Below the pieces are notes generated by a model. It searched no databases, was not told where the DNA came from, and was given only the letters and a program-made list of their open reading frames with translations. A DNA stretch of 64,000 bases from Takakia lepidozioides. Taxonomy: Eukaryota > Plantae > Bryophyta. The stretch is from assembly GCA_030704615.1 (NCBI GenBank), contig CM060733.1, positions 26,598,001 through 26,662,000 on the forward strand. Direction: 5' to 3'. Numbering within the stretch: the first letter of the stretch is position 1; the number at the start of each line of letters is the position of its first letter. Of the stretch, positions 53,701 through 64,000 are shown in pieces. Position numbers and translations under genes: made by a program.

Positions 53701-56700
53701 AATACAATGCCCAAATCACTGCCAGCAGATGGAACTCATGCATTTTGGAACAAAATTTTATATTCTCCATGAATGGATGTTTCTCACAAGCATGGAGTGT
53801 CGCTATACAGAAAGGATTCTCTTCATGTCCCACAGAATGCAGGGAAGGAGGAAAAGATAATTCTGTCGTCTCTGCTTGCTGCACATTGCTTCCCTCGATC
53901 TTTGTTGGCGCAGAAAGTGGGTGATCAATGTTCATAGAATAGGTGATTGAGGATTGTGGGGCGATTTCCTTTGTCCTCGCCAAAAAGGAGAGAGAGAACG
54001 ACAGAGTATTTGTTGGGTCCTTGAGCTGCAGTTGTGGAAGATGATGCACATTGCTTAGAGGCTGCTGTGGTTATTTGCAGGGGACTATGAAAAGATGTTC
54101 CAGGCTTATTTGGCAATAGGCCTATTGTTTGAAAACATTCTTGATTATGACCAGTCCTTGTTTTACTTGTTGCGATGCCTTACTGCTGCTGAGAACACTC
54201 GCAACCAAGCCCACATTGCTGAGGTTTTCTCCTTGATCTTCTCTTTTCCTGCTTTAGTGATTATGAGATTCCTCTAGAGATGGGTTTCCCAATGCATGTG
54301 GGCTAGAAAAAAAGACATCATTGAGAGAAATGGAAGCTGTTGTAGCAACCTATTGGACGTGCCGATAATATGATGGTGAGCAAAAAATCTATGGGTTCCC
54401 AGCGCGAACACCTTTCCTGTGAAGGTGATGGATACCCACATTGGTGTGCTTGCGTACTGGTTCCATACGATAGAGAGAATGTACTCCTTGACCAGTCCAG
54501 TGGATGTTGAGTATCTTAAAGTAGGGGCATGATTCTGTCTCTCCCAGCCCATTAGGGTATATCAGGAATTGACATGGGACTGGCATGGCCTACATTGATC
54601 TGGTTAGAGAATTGAGTGTTGCTTGAGGGGCTGAAATTGACATCCTACCAGTAATCATGCACTTGACCTTAGCTCTTCTCTAGCCCTCAAGCTTTTGGCA
54701 GTCACTCTGTTGAGGAAGTCTAACGGCAGATGGGAAAGGGGAACTATATAATGTCTAGAAGAAGCTCAAGAGCTTATGGGGCACAGAAAAGAGTAATAAG
54801 ACCAAGAAGTGAGGCCCTCCACAACCAGTCACCACAAACATCATTACAAACTTTAAGTGGCTCTCTAAGGTGGAGGGCCTTGTATAAATATGTTGCAAGA
54901 CATCTCTGTCCCTAACGGAAAACCTCTGATAGGGAGTGGCAGAAAGAAGGTATGATTTTCAGACTCAATCTCCAGCCCCGAAAGAGGGCAGCGTCTTTGA
55001 GCTTATCTAACGAGTGAAGAAATAAGTCATGTACCATCTACAAGGGCCGAGTGCCCATGGTGAAAAGACGAAATGGCTGCTTACCTGCAGGAGGCTATAA
55101 GCCACTGGGGGTCTTCAAAGCTGAAAGCCTCTGCCAAACTGGGAGTCTCGAAAGAGACAACAGACATGTTGTAGGTGAGACTCTCTCCACTGGAGTGTTA
55201 CCAACATGATAGATTAAAGGAACCAATTTCATCACGTCCAGGGTATGACGGAAGAGCTTATTAGACAAGAATGCAAGGAAACTTCAAGACAAGGGAGATA
55301 ATTTATGGCATCTCGTGGTATGATTACAGGTAAAATTTAATTTAGGGAGGGTGTATTGGAAGTTGTTAGATAGTGCACAAGCAATCGAGAGGTATGAGCA
55401 GTATATAACTCTGGCAAGAGCCGCCGGAGACAGTGGTGGTATCATTCAAGCAGCTGAAAATCTTCTTCAGGTAATATCCTCTTTGCCTCCTAGTTTCATC
55501 CATATTCAGTTGCAGTCCAGAGTTCACCTAACCTCAACGGCTAGCAGCCATGGGTGGTAGAGGAGCTTTGCAGTTCTAGAAGTTGAAATGCCCAAAACAA
55601 TTAGCATGGAAGATAAAGTCCTGAGAGCTGCAATTACTCGTATAGATTTTCTGTAGAAAGGATGCATGTTCTATGAGAGAGCCCCAAAACTGACAGGCTA
55701 GACAGGAAGTTGAGTTTGTTCATGCATATTTTTTCCCGTATGTTTTGACATGCTGAAGCAGTACATGACTTTCATTGCAAACTGTCAGATTCACAGAACT
55801 TGTGGAGAGGAGGCAGAAAAGGTTGGGGAGCTTCAGAAGAGTGTCGAATGCTACGAAAGGGTACCTGGTGGTTTCCCCATATCCAGCTTATAACTTATAT
55901 ATTCTGTAGCTCTATTCTCTGAGACACCCACTGAGAAGAACTCGTTACAGCTAGTTCTAAGTGAATTGATAAGATGAACCTGCGTCGTCCACGGGTTCTC
56001 AAACTTTGCTAGATGATAGGGGCGGATAGTTTTGCTCGCCCATGCAAGATTTTCATAGCTGCAAAATTTTGTAATTGCAGGCCTGATTTAATTACTTAAA
56101 ACCAAGGTCATCGTCTCTCTATAATCACGTTCAGCTTCTAAGCTTATCTATTAATCCTTTAGTATTGAATACTGACATGTAAGCATGGCTGCAGGCAGTT
56201 AAGTCAGCCGAGACAGGCAACAACCTGGTGGCTGCAGGTGATGCTCGACACCAGCTTGGCCTACTACACTCCCGGCTCAATCATCCCAAGATTGCACTGG
56301 ACTATCAAAATCAGTACCTCAAATTCTGCCAAAGCGTTTCTGACAAGGTGCATTGACTCTTGTCCATCATAGATTGTTTGGGCCCCGTATGAGTTATCTT
56401 AAACTGCAATTTTGGAGGATTGTCAAAAACTGAAGCTTCGAGATCGCTAGATGTCCCTCTCCTTGGTCCCACCCTGTGAACATAAGTTGTACTTTGTGGA
56501 CCCGCTGTGGGACTCACAATGAATACATGCTCCCATGTTTCATATCAGACAGTTATGCATAGGCCTGCCACAAACTTCTATTACTGTCCTGAAGTCCCGA
56601 AGGTTCCTGCCTATCTAGACAAAGGTATATTGTCGAAGTGTGGGACAGGTTGGGGAAGGCAAGGCTCACGCAGCTATGGCGCAAGTGTACGAGGCAACGA

Positions 56701-57291
56701 ATTACATCGAAAACTCAATTAAACATACGGAGAGTTACCTCAAAGTTGCAAAGGACACTGATCTGACAACCCAGGTTCTCTCTCTGCCTGCAAGTCCTAT
56801 TCTCATGTGGGTCGACGGTGTCAATTCAACGATTTTCGCACATGAAGAGGGTTTCTCATCTGAAACGCTTACAATGGAGGTGTAGTCCAAGTCTTATGTA
56901 CCTAAGGTTAAGATAGACTATCTGAATGACAAGGTGACAAGACAAATTATTGTCCAGTCTAAGTGAAAAGGGACGAAATGGGTGGGCCCAGGCCAAAGCT
57001 TCCTGCAAGTTGGGCATGTTATACCACCGGCATGATAATCTGCGACTTGCTGACAAGTACTTCCAGCAGTATTTTGCAATGGCTCGAGAGTTAAAAGACG
57101 TGAGGATGATGGCAGTTGCCAGAGTCAACATAGGAATTGTGCAAAGTGCTTTGAATATTGCAGAGGAAGAGGTGATGGGGGACATCGCCGAAGAATCAGA
57201 CGAAGAATTGATTGATGAGATCACTGCAAAGATTGCAGAGGAAGAACTGATTAATGAGATATCACCAGCAGTTGATCCACCAGAAAACTAA
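50742..57291 (+). CDS. Tetratricopeptide-repeat protein, TTC29-like (ciliary/sperm flagellar), ~10 exons
   Basis: In-phase exons include MDPDMPKKKKRK, LSVKMLMHGHPKAFVEFFELS (resembles the TTC29 N-terminus), and TPR-like AYLAIGLLFE, NLGRVYWKL, ARHQLGLLH, GEGKAHAAMAQVYE and ASCKLGMLYH...ARVNIGI. TTC29 identity is from recalled similarity. Confidence 0.75.
52230..53117 (+). mobile_element. LINE family A fragment (52230-52657) and family B 3' fragment (~52850-53117) in a TTC29-like intron
   Basis: Family A CQCPMYGQREDDFHF peptide with ...GCAAACATCTAATGAGTAC end. Family B FEDPKCL peptide with TGTCCCATAAGCTCTATGAGCTTTCC...(CATTT)n end. Confidence 0.82.
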
Positions 57292-57849
57292 TAAGAGGAA
57301 GAATTGGTTCAATAAGATCCCTACTGATCCACCAGCAATCGCAGAGAAAGAATGATGCATGTCCAATACACCAAGGCTTCACCATGCACTGCAAACTATG
57401 TAGAGTGAGAATTGCAGCTTAAGGACAAGGGACAAGGGTTTTTCCAACAATCCTTCAGACCTATCAATGCTAGATCATTGAGTCGTGACCAATACTGGAG
57501 CATTGAAAGCACAACTGAAGTAAGAGAGGTTTCCTGCAGAATGGCAATTTTCTATACCGTATATAATGGTCCAAACAGTTACAACCGTGCAGGAAAGGAT
57601 TTTGTGGTGAGTAGAGTCTCAACTTAATTGTAGATTGTATGGAATATGATGGACAAGGTGTGGCAACATGCAATTGCCGATCCAGGACTAATCTTTTGTA
57701 TCAACTGCAGCTGCACTTACCACTGCTTTTTTATGAACTTCAGGAATCTTGACAATGTTCAGGTGCACACATATACAGTGCTCAAGTTACAAATTAGAAG
57801 CAAGTCCCCCTTCAATTTAGGTTGCAGCGATCCAATCCTGACTCTCTCA

Positions 57850-59000
57850 TGATGTCCTTGAATTCGGTGGAAGTGATGTGCAGTTCCTTGCAGATGAACT
57901 GCAGGATTGGCATCACACATGCCATTCGCCCAAAGCTTGCGATTTCCTCTGAACAAGTAGCATTTGAGCCCGGCAGAGGTTAGTGAGGTTATGACCAGTA
58001 GCCATGACCTGTTTGTTTGTAGCTGAAATTGTCACTGCTCGCATTTGTAGATCTTACTGACTGTTTTAGAGTTTGAAGTCAAAGTAATATTTATCAAATG
58101 CAGATGTCCCCCACGTTGAGGCACTTACCAGGAAGCCGGGCAAGGCTTGTACAAAGATCGCGCAGCATGTTCTTGGTCATCTTAGCCCCGTCCTCCAACA
58201 GGCTGCATAATTATGCAGGGAAACTTTGAATTAGTGAGTGCTAAGACTGAGTGCTTCAATCCGCCTGTCCTCTATCGTGCATGACCTAAGTTTTTTTGAG
58301 AAACGTGACGTTCCCTACAGGCGGAGGATCCATAGCCTGTGCATCAATATATGCAGGCTGCCTGGAAAAATGTTGTAAGTAGAGAATAGGAGTGATCATA
58401 ATAAGTGTCACTAGCACAAGGAGATTCGGGAGATGCTCACGCTTTCAAGAAATAGATGAGGACATCCATCAAAGGGTCCGCCATTTTTTGATGATTGGTG
58501 AATGTACACACTCTCTCGTAAAACCGGTTGATACTATCTACTTCCGACTCGAATGCGGGATCTTGTTCTGGCTGTTGACTCATGATCTTCTCCTCTGCTC
58601 CCTTCCTGAACTTATCGAAGGAACTACAAATCACTGACTTGGCCACAACACATGTGCTAATTAACTGTCTGTAGGCCACATGCTTTCATTGCTCATGATT
58701 GTTGTCTTCATTATTTTTTGAGCTCTTCCTGCTTCTTTCAAGTCTAAATACAGTCTACCCTCTATCTGTGTTACACCTCGGGAGTAGAGAAATTCGGTAT
58801 GAAGTTTCACGTTCCAGAATCCAAATCCTTCCCTGGACAAAAACATCAGTTGACACAGTAGTTTGATCGGCAATGGAAAATCGGATACACAAATCGGATA
58901 GTGTCTACAACTCACCAAATGGAATTAGTATTAGGACTTTGGCGACCCCCAGATTTAGATAACTGCTCCATTATCTTCTCTGCCACCTGCCATGGTGCAT
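57850..59000 (-). other. Possible spliced coding sequence or remnant of unknown identity
   Basis: Exon-like blocks with AG/GT borders (e.g. VAEKIMEQLSKSGVAKVLILIPF; DKFRKGAEEK...MDVLIYFLK; LLEDGAKMTKNMLRDLCTSLARLP). I could not join their phases cleanly. Confidence 0.25.
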
Positions 59001-60529
59001 CCAGTGGTCAACAGTATTATAAGATGCAATCGTGCAGGTAGGCCTACGGGTTCACGGGAAGAGTAAACTGAAAAGCTGTTCAAGCAGCCGCGGAGTAGGT
59101 TCACACGAAGCCCACCTCTGACAGAGGCAATACCCCGCTCTTATTAGGTGGCTGCGGGCCGGCATCTACTACTCTCTTATCCGCGGCACTCCCGTGTTAC
59201 AGATCCCTCAAGAGAACGGGCACATGCTGTGCGGTGCTGCATACTCTGCAAACTTGTGATATCCGCGAAAAGGTCAAGGAGGATCAGGAGGATGGTATTG
59301 AAAGATGCAGCCAGGCTTTGAATTATCCATGAAGGAGGAGGAGGGAGCATGTTGTGTTTAGATAAAGGAGGACCCAACAGCTGGGAAGGTGTATACTTCT
59401 GCGGCGAAGGGAGACGAAGATCGCCATTGTTCACGGCGATCTGTGCGTGCAACCAACTTCAAATGTAAATCGCGCTCCAGGTTCTTCCGCAACGTCAATA
59501 TCTTCTTCTTCCACCCAAATATCTGCACCCCCACCGAGCTTAGATACATAGTGGTGATTCAGAAACAGATACAACAATTAAAGAATCATACCCTCGGTGC
59601 CTAGCAGTCATCTTTCTTATCCATTGCCTTCCCTCTATCACGGTTATAAGCATATGTTATAGAGAACTCCTTCAAAAATTTGACGCTGATATTCACCCTA
59701 GAACAAAGACTCGGGAAGGGTCGCAGCTTTGGATACAGTCTTCAACCTCTCAACCAGAAGGAGCTGGAGGGAGTCTATAGGATGTGTGTGTTCGTGTGCA
59801 TTAATGAGAACGGACAAGAAAATAAAACAACAACAAGAAGGAACAAGAAAGAGGTGTGTCAGGCTTATTTAGGTTTGTCTCAGATTATTAGATTGCAAAG
59901 ACAATTCATGATGTATCTAACAAAGACGAAGCAGTTACTATCCCCATGAAACCTTGCTATCCTCCCACAAGATCATAGTGTGTGGGGGAGTTTGCCAAGC
60001 CCTTAGATCAAAAGGGTAGATCCGCATGGGGATGGATCAAGAATTGAGAATTGTCAAACAGCTTACGAGAGAGTCATCTCGGGGAGCGTGAGCTTTAGGA
60101 GATGGTGTTGCCTGTCCTTCCTACACAGCAAGAAATGTTGGATCTGATCATCAAAAACTTCCCACTTGAGGCATTGTAATTCTTCCATGAAAGACTACAT
60201 ATAGAGAACATATTCCATGGCAATAACCCTTTCCAAGTCCACAGAATTTGATATCAGCTCACATACCATGGACCCCTTGAATTTTGCAGAAGTTGCAACT
60301 GATGCTTCATCTGTCTCCTCCTCTCTAATGGGAGCCAGTTCATCACCAAGTAGGCTCTGACACACACTGCCAAACCCACCATCAACCATCATCCAGCCAC
60401 GACATTCACAATGCCGTGCATGCTCACCAATTTGTGTGCAACACGCGGGTTCAGGTGCAGAAGGATGAACAGGTGCACACACACCTAGATATGTAGATAT
60501 GGTATGTAACTGACTGTGCGCAGGAGACA

Positions 60530-62214
60530 TTGTTTGTTATAGCCTTGTTGCCATAGGCCCAGCGCCTGGGCAGAACAAGAGGGAACAGACACTACCTTGT
60601 GAGGGGCTCACTCCAGTAGTGGGACTTACCTTGGTATAAACAATAGGTTTGGGCTTTCCAGATTTCCTCTACTAAGCCATTCACACAAGCATCAACTGCT
60701 GTGTGTAAGCTGCCCAGCAATCACACCCCAACAGGGTCAGGCCTTTAGGCTCAGCCTCGAGATTTTGAAAGCTGGTGAACAAAAGTGCAGGGACCATGTT
60801 CTTGATGGTCCTGAAGAGGGTCGCTCTCTCATGAGACTGCCCTGGGCATTGTATCATAAAACGGATATTGTCTTCAGGCCACCCGCACATTGGGCATAAT
60901 AATTTCCCTTTCCTCTCATCTGTTTACAGTTCAAAGGTAGACTCCCCACCTTCAGTTTAAATTTCAGTCTTGTGCCAATGGTAGGTAGGCCCTAAAATCA
61001 GATCATCCTTAAGGTCCTCACCATGTCAAGAACTGGAAACAAGTTCAGGGAAGTTTTTTGCCTAACTTTGTTTATGAGAGAAATGAAATGATACTTTATA
61101 ACATGCACAGGAAGCTCAAAGAGCTAATGGGACAACAGAAAGCATGGAATTAAGAGAGAGAATGTACTCATAAGACTTTGTTTGCCGTAGCCTTGTGGCC
61201 ATAGACCCCCGGTGGAGATGGAAACAGAGAGAGAGAGAGAGACTGTACTCATAAGACGTTGTTTGCCGTAGCCTTGTGGCCATTGACCCCGTGCCCAGTT
61301 TGAGCGGGAACAAAAGGGACAGAAAGAGAGATTGTACTCATAAGATGTTGTTTGCCGTAGCCTTGTGGCCATTGACCCCGCGCCCAGTTTGAGCGGGAAG
61401 GACAGAGAGAGAGATTGTACTCATAAGACGTTGTTTGCCGTAGCCTTGTGGCCATTGACCCCGCGCCCAGTTTGAGCGGGAGCAAAAGGGACAGAACCTA
61501 CCTCTGTCAGGGGCTGACGTTGGTAGTAAGACTTACCTCCATATATAGAATTAATCCGGGTTTTCCAGATATCCTCTAGAAATCCCTTCACACAAGCATC
61601 AATCTGCTGTGTGTGATTTGCCCAAAAACTAGGCCTCAGGAGGGCCTGGGCTTTTGGCTCAGCCTCGAGACTTTCAAAGTTGGTAAACAGGGGTACAGGC
61701 ACAATTCCCTTAATAGATTTGAAGAGAGCGTCTCTTTGGTGAGAGAACCCCGGACAGTGTATCAGAAAATGAATACTGTCTTCAGATTGCCCACACAACG
61801 GGCAAAGCACTCTCCCTTTCCTCTCTGCTTCTGTTTGCTGTTCAAAGGTAGGCTTCCTGCCCTGAGTTTAAATTTCAGTCTAGTGCCGAGAGTGGGTAGA
61901 CCCTTGAGGTCATCCAAGATGTCCTCCCCCATGTCACAGACTGGAAACAAGTTCAGGGAAGTTTTCTGCCTAACTTCCTTTCCAGTCAAGACTTGCGGAT
62001 CCAGGTCCAGGTCCTTGAGGATCTCTTCTACTCTCTTCTGCCAGGACTTAGCCTGTTTGACAGGGCGGTCCTGTTTCCAAGATATAGAGTTGATTAACTT
62101 AGGATATCTGGTGTTGGGCATATGTTGCAGCTGACCCCACCATCTGACCTTGAATTCATCTCGTCGGGAGCTTAAGGACGGAATGCCAAACTCACCCCGA
62201 ACAGCCACATTGGA

Positions 62215-62247
<33 letters not shown>

Positions 62248-62545
62248 AGAGAGAGAGAATGTACTCATGAGGCATTGTTTGCCGTAGCCTTGGGTCCATA
62301 AACCCTGTGCCCAGTTTGGGCGGAACAAGAGGGAGAGAAATGATATGAATTGGAATGATACTTAATGACATCCATGGGAAGCTCAAAGAGCTTATGGGAC
62401 AAGGGAAAGCATGAAACAAGAATGAGAGTGGGGCCCTCCACAAGCAGCCCAATAACAACTACTGATCAAGGGATTAGCTAAGACGTATGCTGCTAAGCAT
62501 TCCTGATTCTCTTAATGGAACATTGGCTATCTCAGAATATACAAG
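60530..62545 (-). mobile_element. Co-oriented stack of LINE 3' ends. Family A: 60530-61050, 61161-61210, 61244-61323, 61332-61399, 61415-62211, 62259-62330. Family B: 61080-61140, 62337-62545.
   Basis: Repeated GTACTCATAAGACGTTGTTTGCCGTAGCCTTGTGGCC units separated by GA tracts. TSD GGACAGAGAGAGAGA at 61400-61414 and 62212-62226. Confidence 0.9.
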
Positions 62546-62579
62546 AGAGAAGAAAAGAGAAGAGAAATGAAATGAAATG

Positions 62580-63310
62580 AAATGGTGCTTTATAGCGTCC
62601 GCGGAAAGCTCGTAGAGCTTATGGGACAAAATGGAAGAAAACATGAGAGAGGAACAAATCCAGAAACCACAATTAATGTTCTAGCGATTGTCTAAGGGTG
62701 AAGGCCTCATGTAGGTAGGCTGCCAAGCATTTTTGATCCTCATAGTGAAAGACATCAGTGAGAGTTTGGGTTCCACTGAATAAACAGTGGAATCTCCCAC
62801 GGATCTCGTAGTATAGAGGGCAGTAGAAGAAGAAGTGTTCTTCAGTTTCAATTTCCTTGCTGCGCCCTATGCAAGCTGGACATAGGCTGTCCTCCCGTTG
62901 CAGGTTTTCCCATCTGCCAGTCTCTATCCGTAGGTTGTGGGAACCCACCCTGAACCGTCCCAATGCCCTCAAGAGGGAAGGAGATAAGGGTGCTGAAAGG
63001 TAATTTGGTCTCAAGATTCTATCATCGCGGAGCACCAAGAATGTCTCTCGATACAAGTGGAGCTTTGTCGTGAGATTGGGTAGCATCCAAGTTCTCTTGA
63101 CATGTAATTCCATAAGCTCTCTCCAAATGAGTCTGTTGCGGTCATGTCTGGATGTGATGTCCACCTCATCTGGGTTCATTGGTAATAGGAAAGCAGTAGA
63201 AAGTCCGTTACGTTGAAATAAACTGTCCACTCGAGCATACCAGGAGTTCCTGAAACCTGCAGCTTTGAGCCTCATAGATGTTGTGAGGGCCCTTGCCACT
63301 AGCCCTTTGG
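62580..63310 (-). mobile_element. LINE family B, 5'-truncated copy with an open ORF2 C-terminus
   Basis: RFRVGSHNLRIETGRW...CPAC...ETEEHFFFYCPLY. Flanked by the 18-bp repeat GAGAAATGAAATGAAATG (62562-62579 and 63311-63328). Confidence 0.9.
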
Positions 63311-63823
63311 GAGAAATGAAATGAAATGAGAGGCAGGAATGCTCAGTAAAATAGAGAGGGTGTCACCTCGCTTGCAGAAGTGGGAGTTTCTCCGCTGCAT
63401 CACATAACATGCAGCAGCCCCCCAGCACAATGTCATTTGTCTATAGGCCACTGCTAGCTGCATTCTACATACCCACTTTGCTTAGCATACTCATGCCATT
63501 GTTTACAACGTTCTTTCGCTATGTTACCTCTTCCCCACTTCACTTCCAGGCTCCCTGTACTAGGACAACATTCCCACTCCAACTCTGTGTAATTACTGAG
63601 TGTCTTGACATGGGGTGGGGTGGGAGATCATAGCTCAGATGGTGATTTGCCCGTGATTTACCGGTGGTGATTTGCGGAATCCAAATATATGAAACAAATT
63701 GGTATGAACAGAGCAGGAGGGATGGAAAAAGATGTCTATCATGCCAAAATCAGTCAGAGTTTTTGTCCTCCTACAAATACTTCAGTATGGGCTGCAAACC
63801 TAACGAGGGTTTTTTGTTGCAGA

Positions 63824-64000
63824 ATGCCAGAAGAGGCCCATTTTTCTGAAACTACAGAAGAGGCCCATTTTGTTAAAACTATTCCCTTGAGGGATGTAGT
63901 TGCGGAATGCGAGAAGCGCTGGTTTGAAGAGGCTCTCAAAGCAGCCAAGAGTGGGGATGTGGCTATGGCAACTCTGGTTGGCCAGATGTACTTCTCTGGC
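63824..64000 (+). CDS. Sel1-like-repeat protein of a conserved plant family, 5' part; runs off the right edge
   Basis: MPEEAHFSETTEEAHFVKTIPLRDVVAECEKRWFEEALKAAKSGDVAMATLVGQMYFSG. The start may lie in an upstream exon. Confidence 0.7.
   Translation, partial: MPEEAHFSETTEEAHFVKTIPLRDVVAECEKRWFEEALKAAKSGDVAMATLVGQMYFSG

Noticed and set aside
61161-61480. CRISPR-like array of repeats
   Set aside because: The units are LINE 3' ends of variable length separated by GA tracts. There are no unique spacers or cas genes, and the context is eukaryotic.

Overview
Gene-dense eukaryotic nuclear DNA with GT-AG introns, most likely from a seedless land plant. The clues are a PLS-DYW PPR remnant, plastid-targeted RPL24/THF1/PGK, and a ciliary TTC29-like gene implying flagellated sperm. 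Host genes: CPSF30-L (runs off the left edge), myotubularin, plastid RPL24, RPS13, ORM, THF1, plastid PGK, TTC29-like and a Sel1-repeat gene (runs off the right edge). The main find is a decayed Ty3/gypsy LTR retrotransposon (~14.6-22.2 kb), nested in a Ty1/copia gag. It encodes a complete C5-cytosine DNA methyltransferase domain (motifs I-X, DNMT3-like) between protease and RT in the same reading frame as RT/RNase H, and a C4HC3 PHD finger at the integrase C-terminus. Two LINE families with conserved 3' hairpins insert repeatedly into CT-rich or (CATTT)n sites and into each other's tails. This gives a co-oriented LINE island at 60.5-63.3 kb, a 51-bp target-site duplication and a clean internal RT inversion. 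A CRE-like non-LTR fragment interrupts the PPR pseudogene. All calls come from reading the sequence only; no searches were run.
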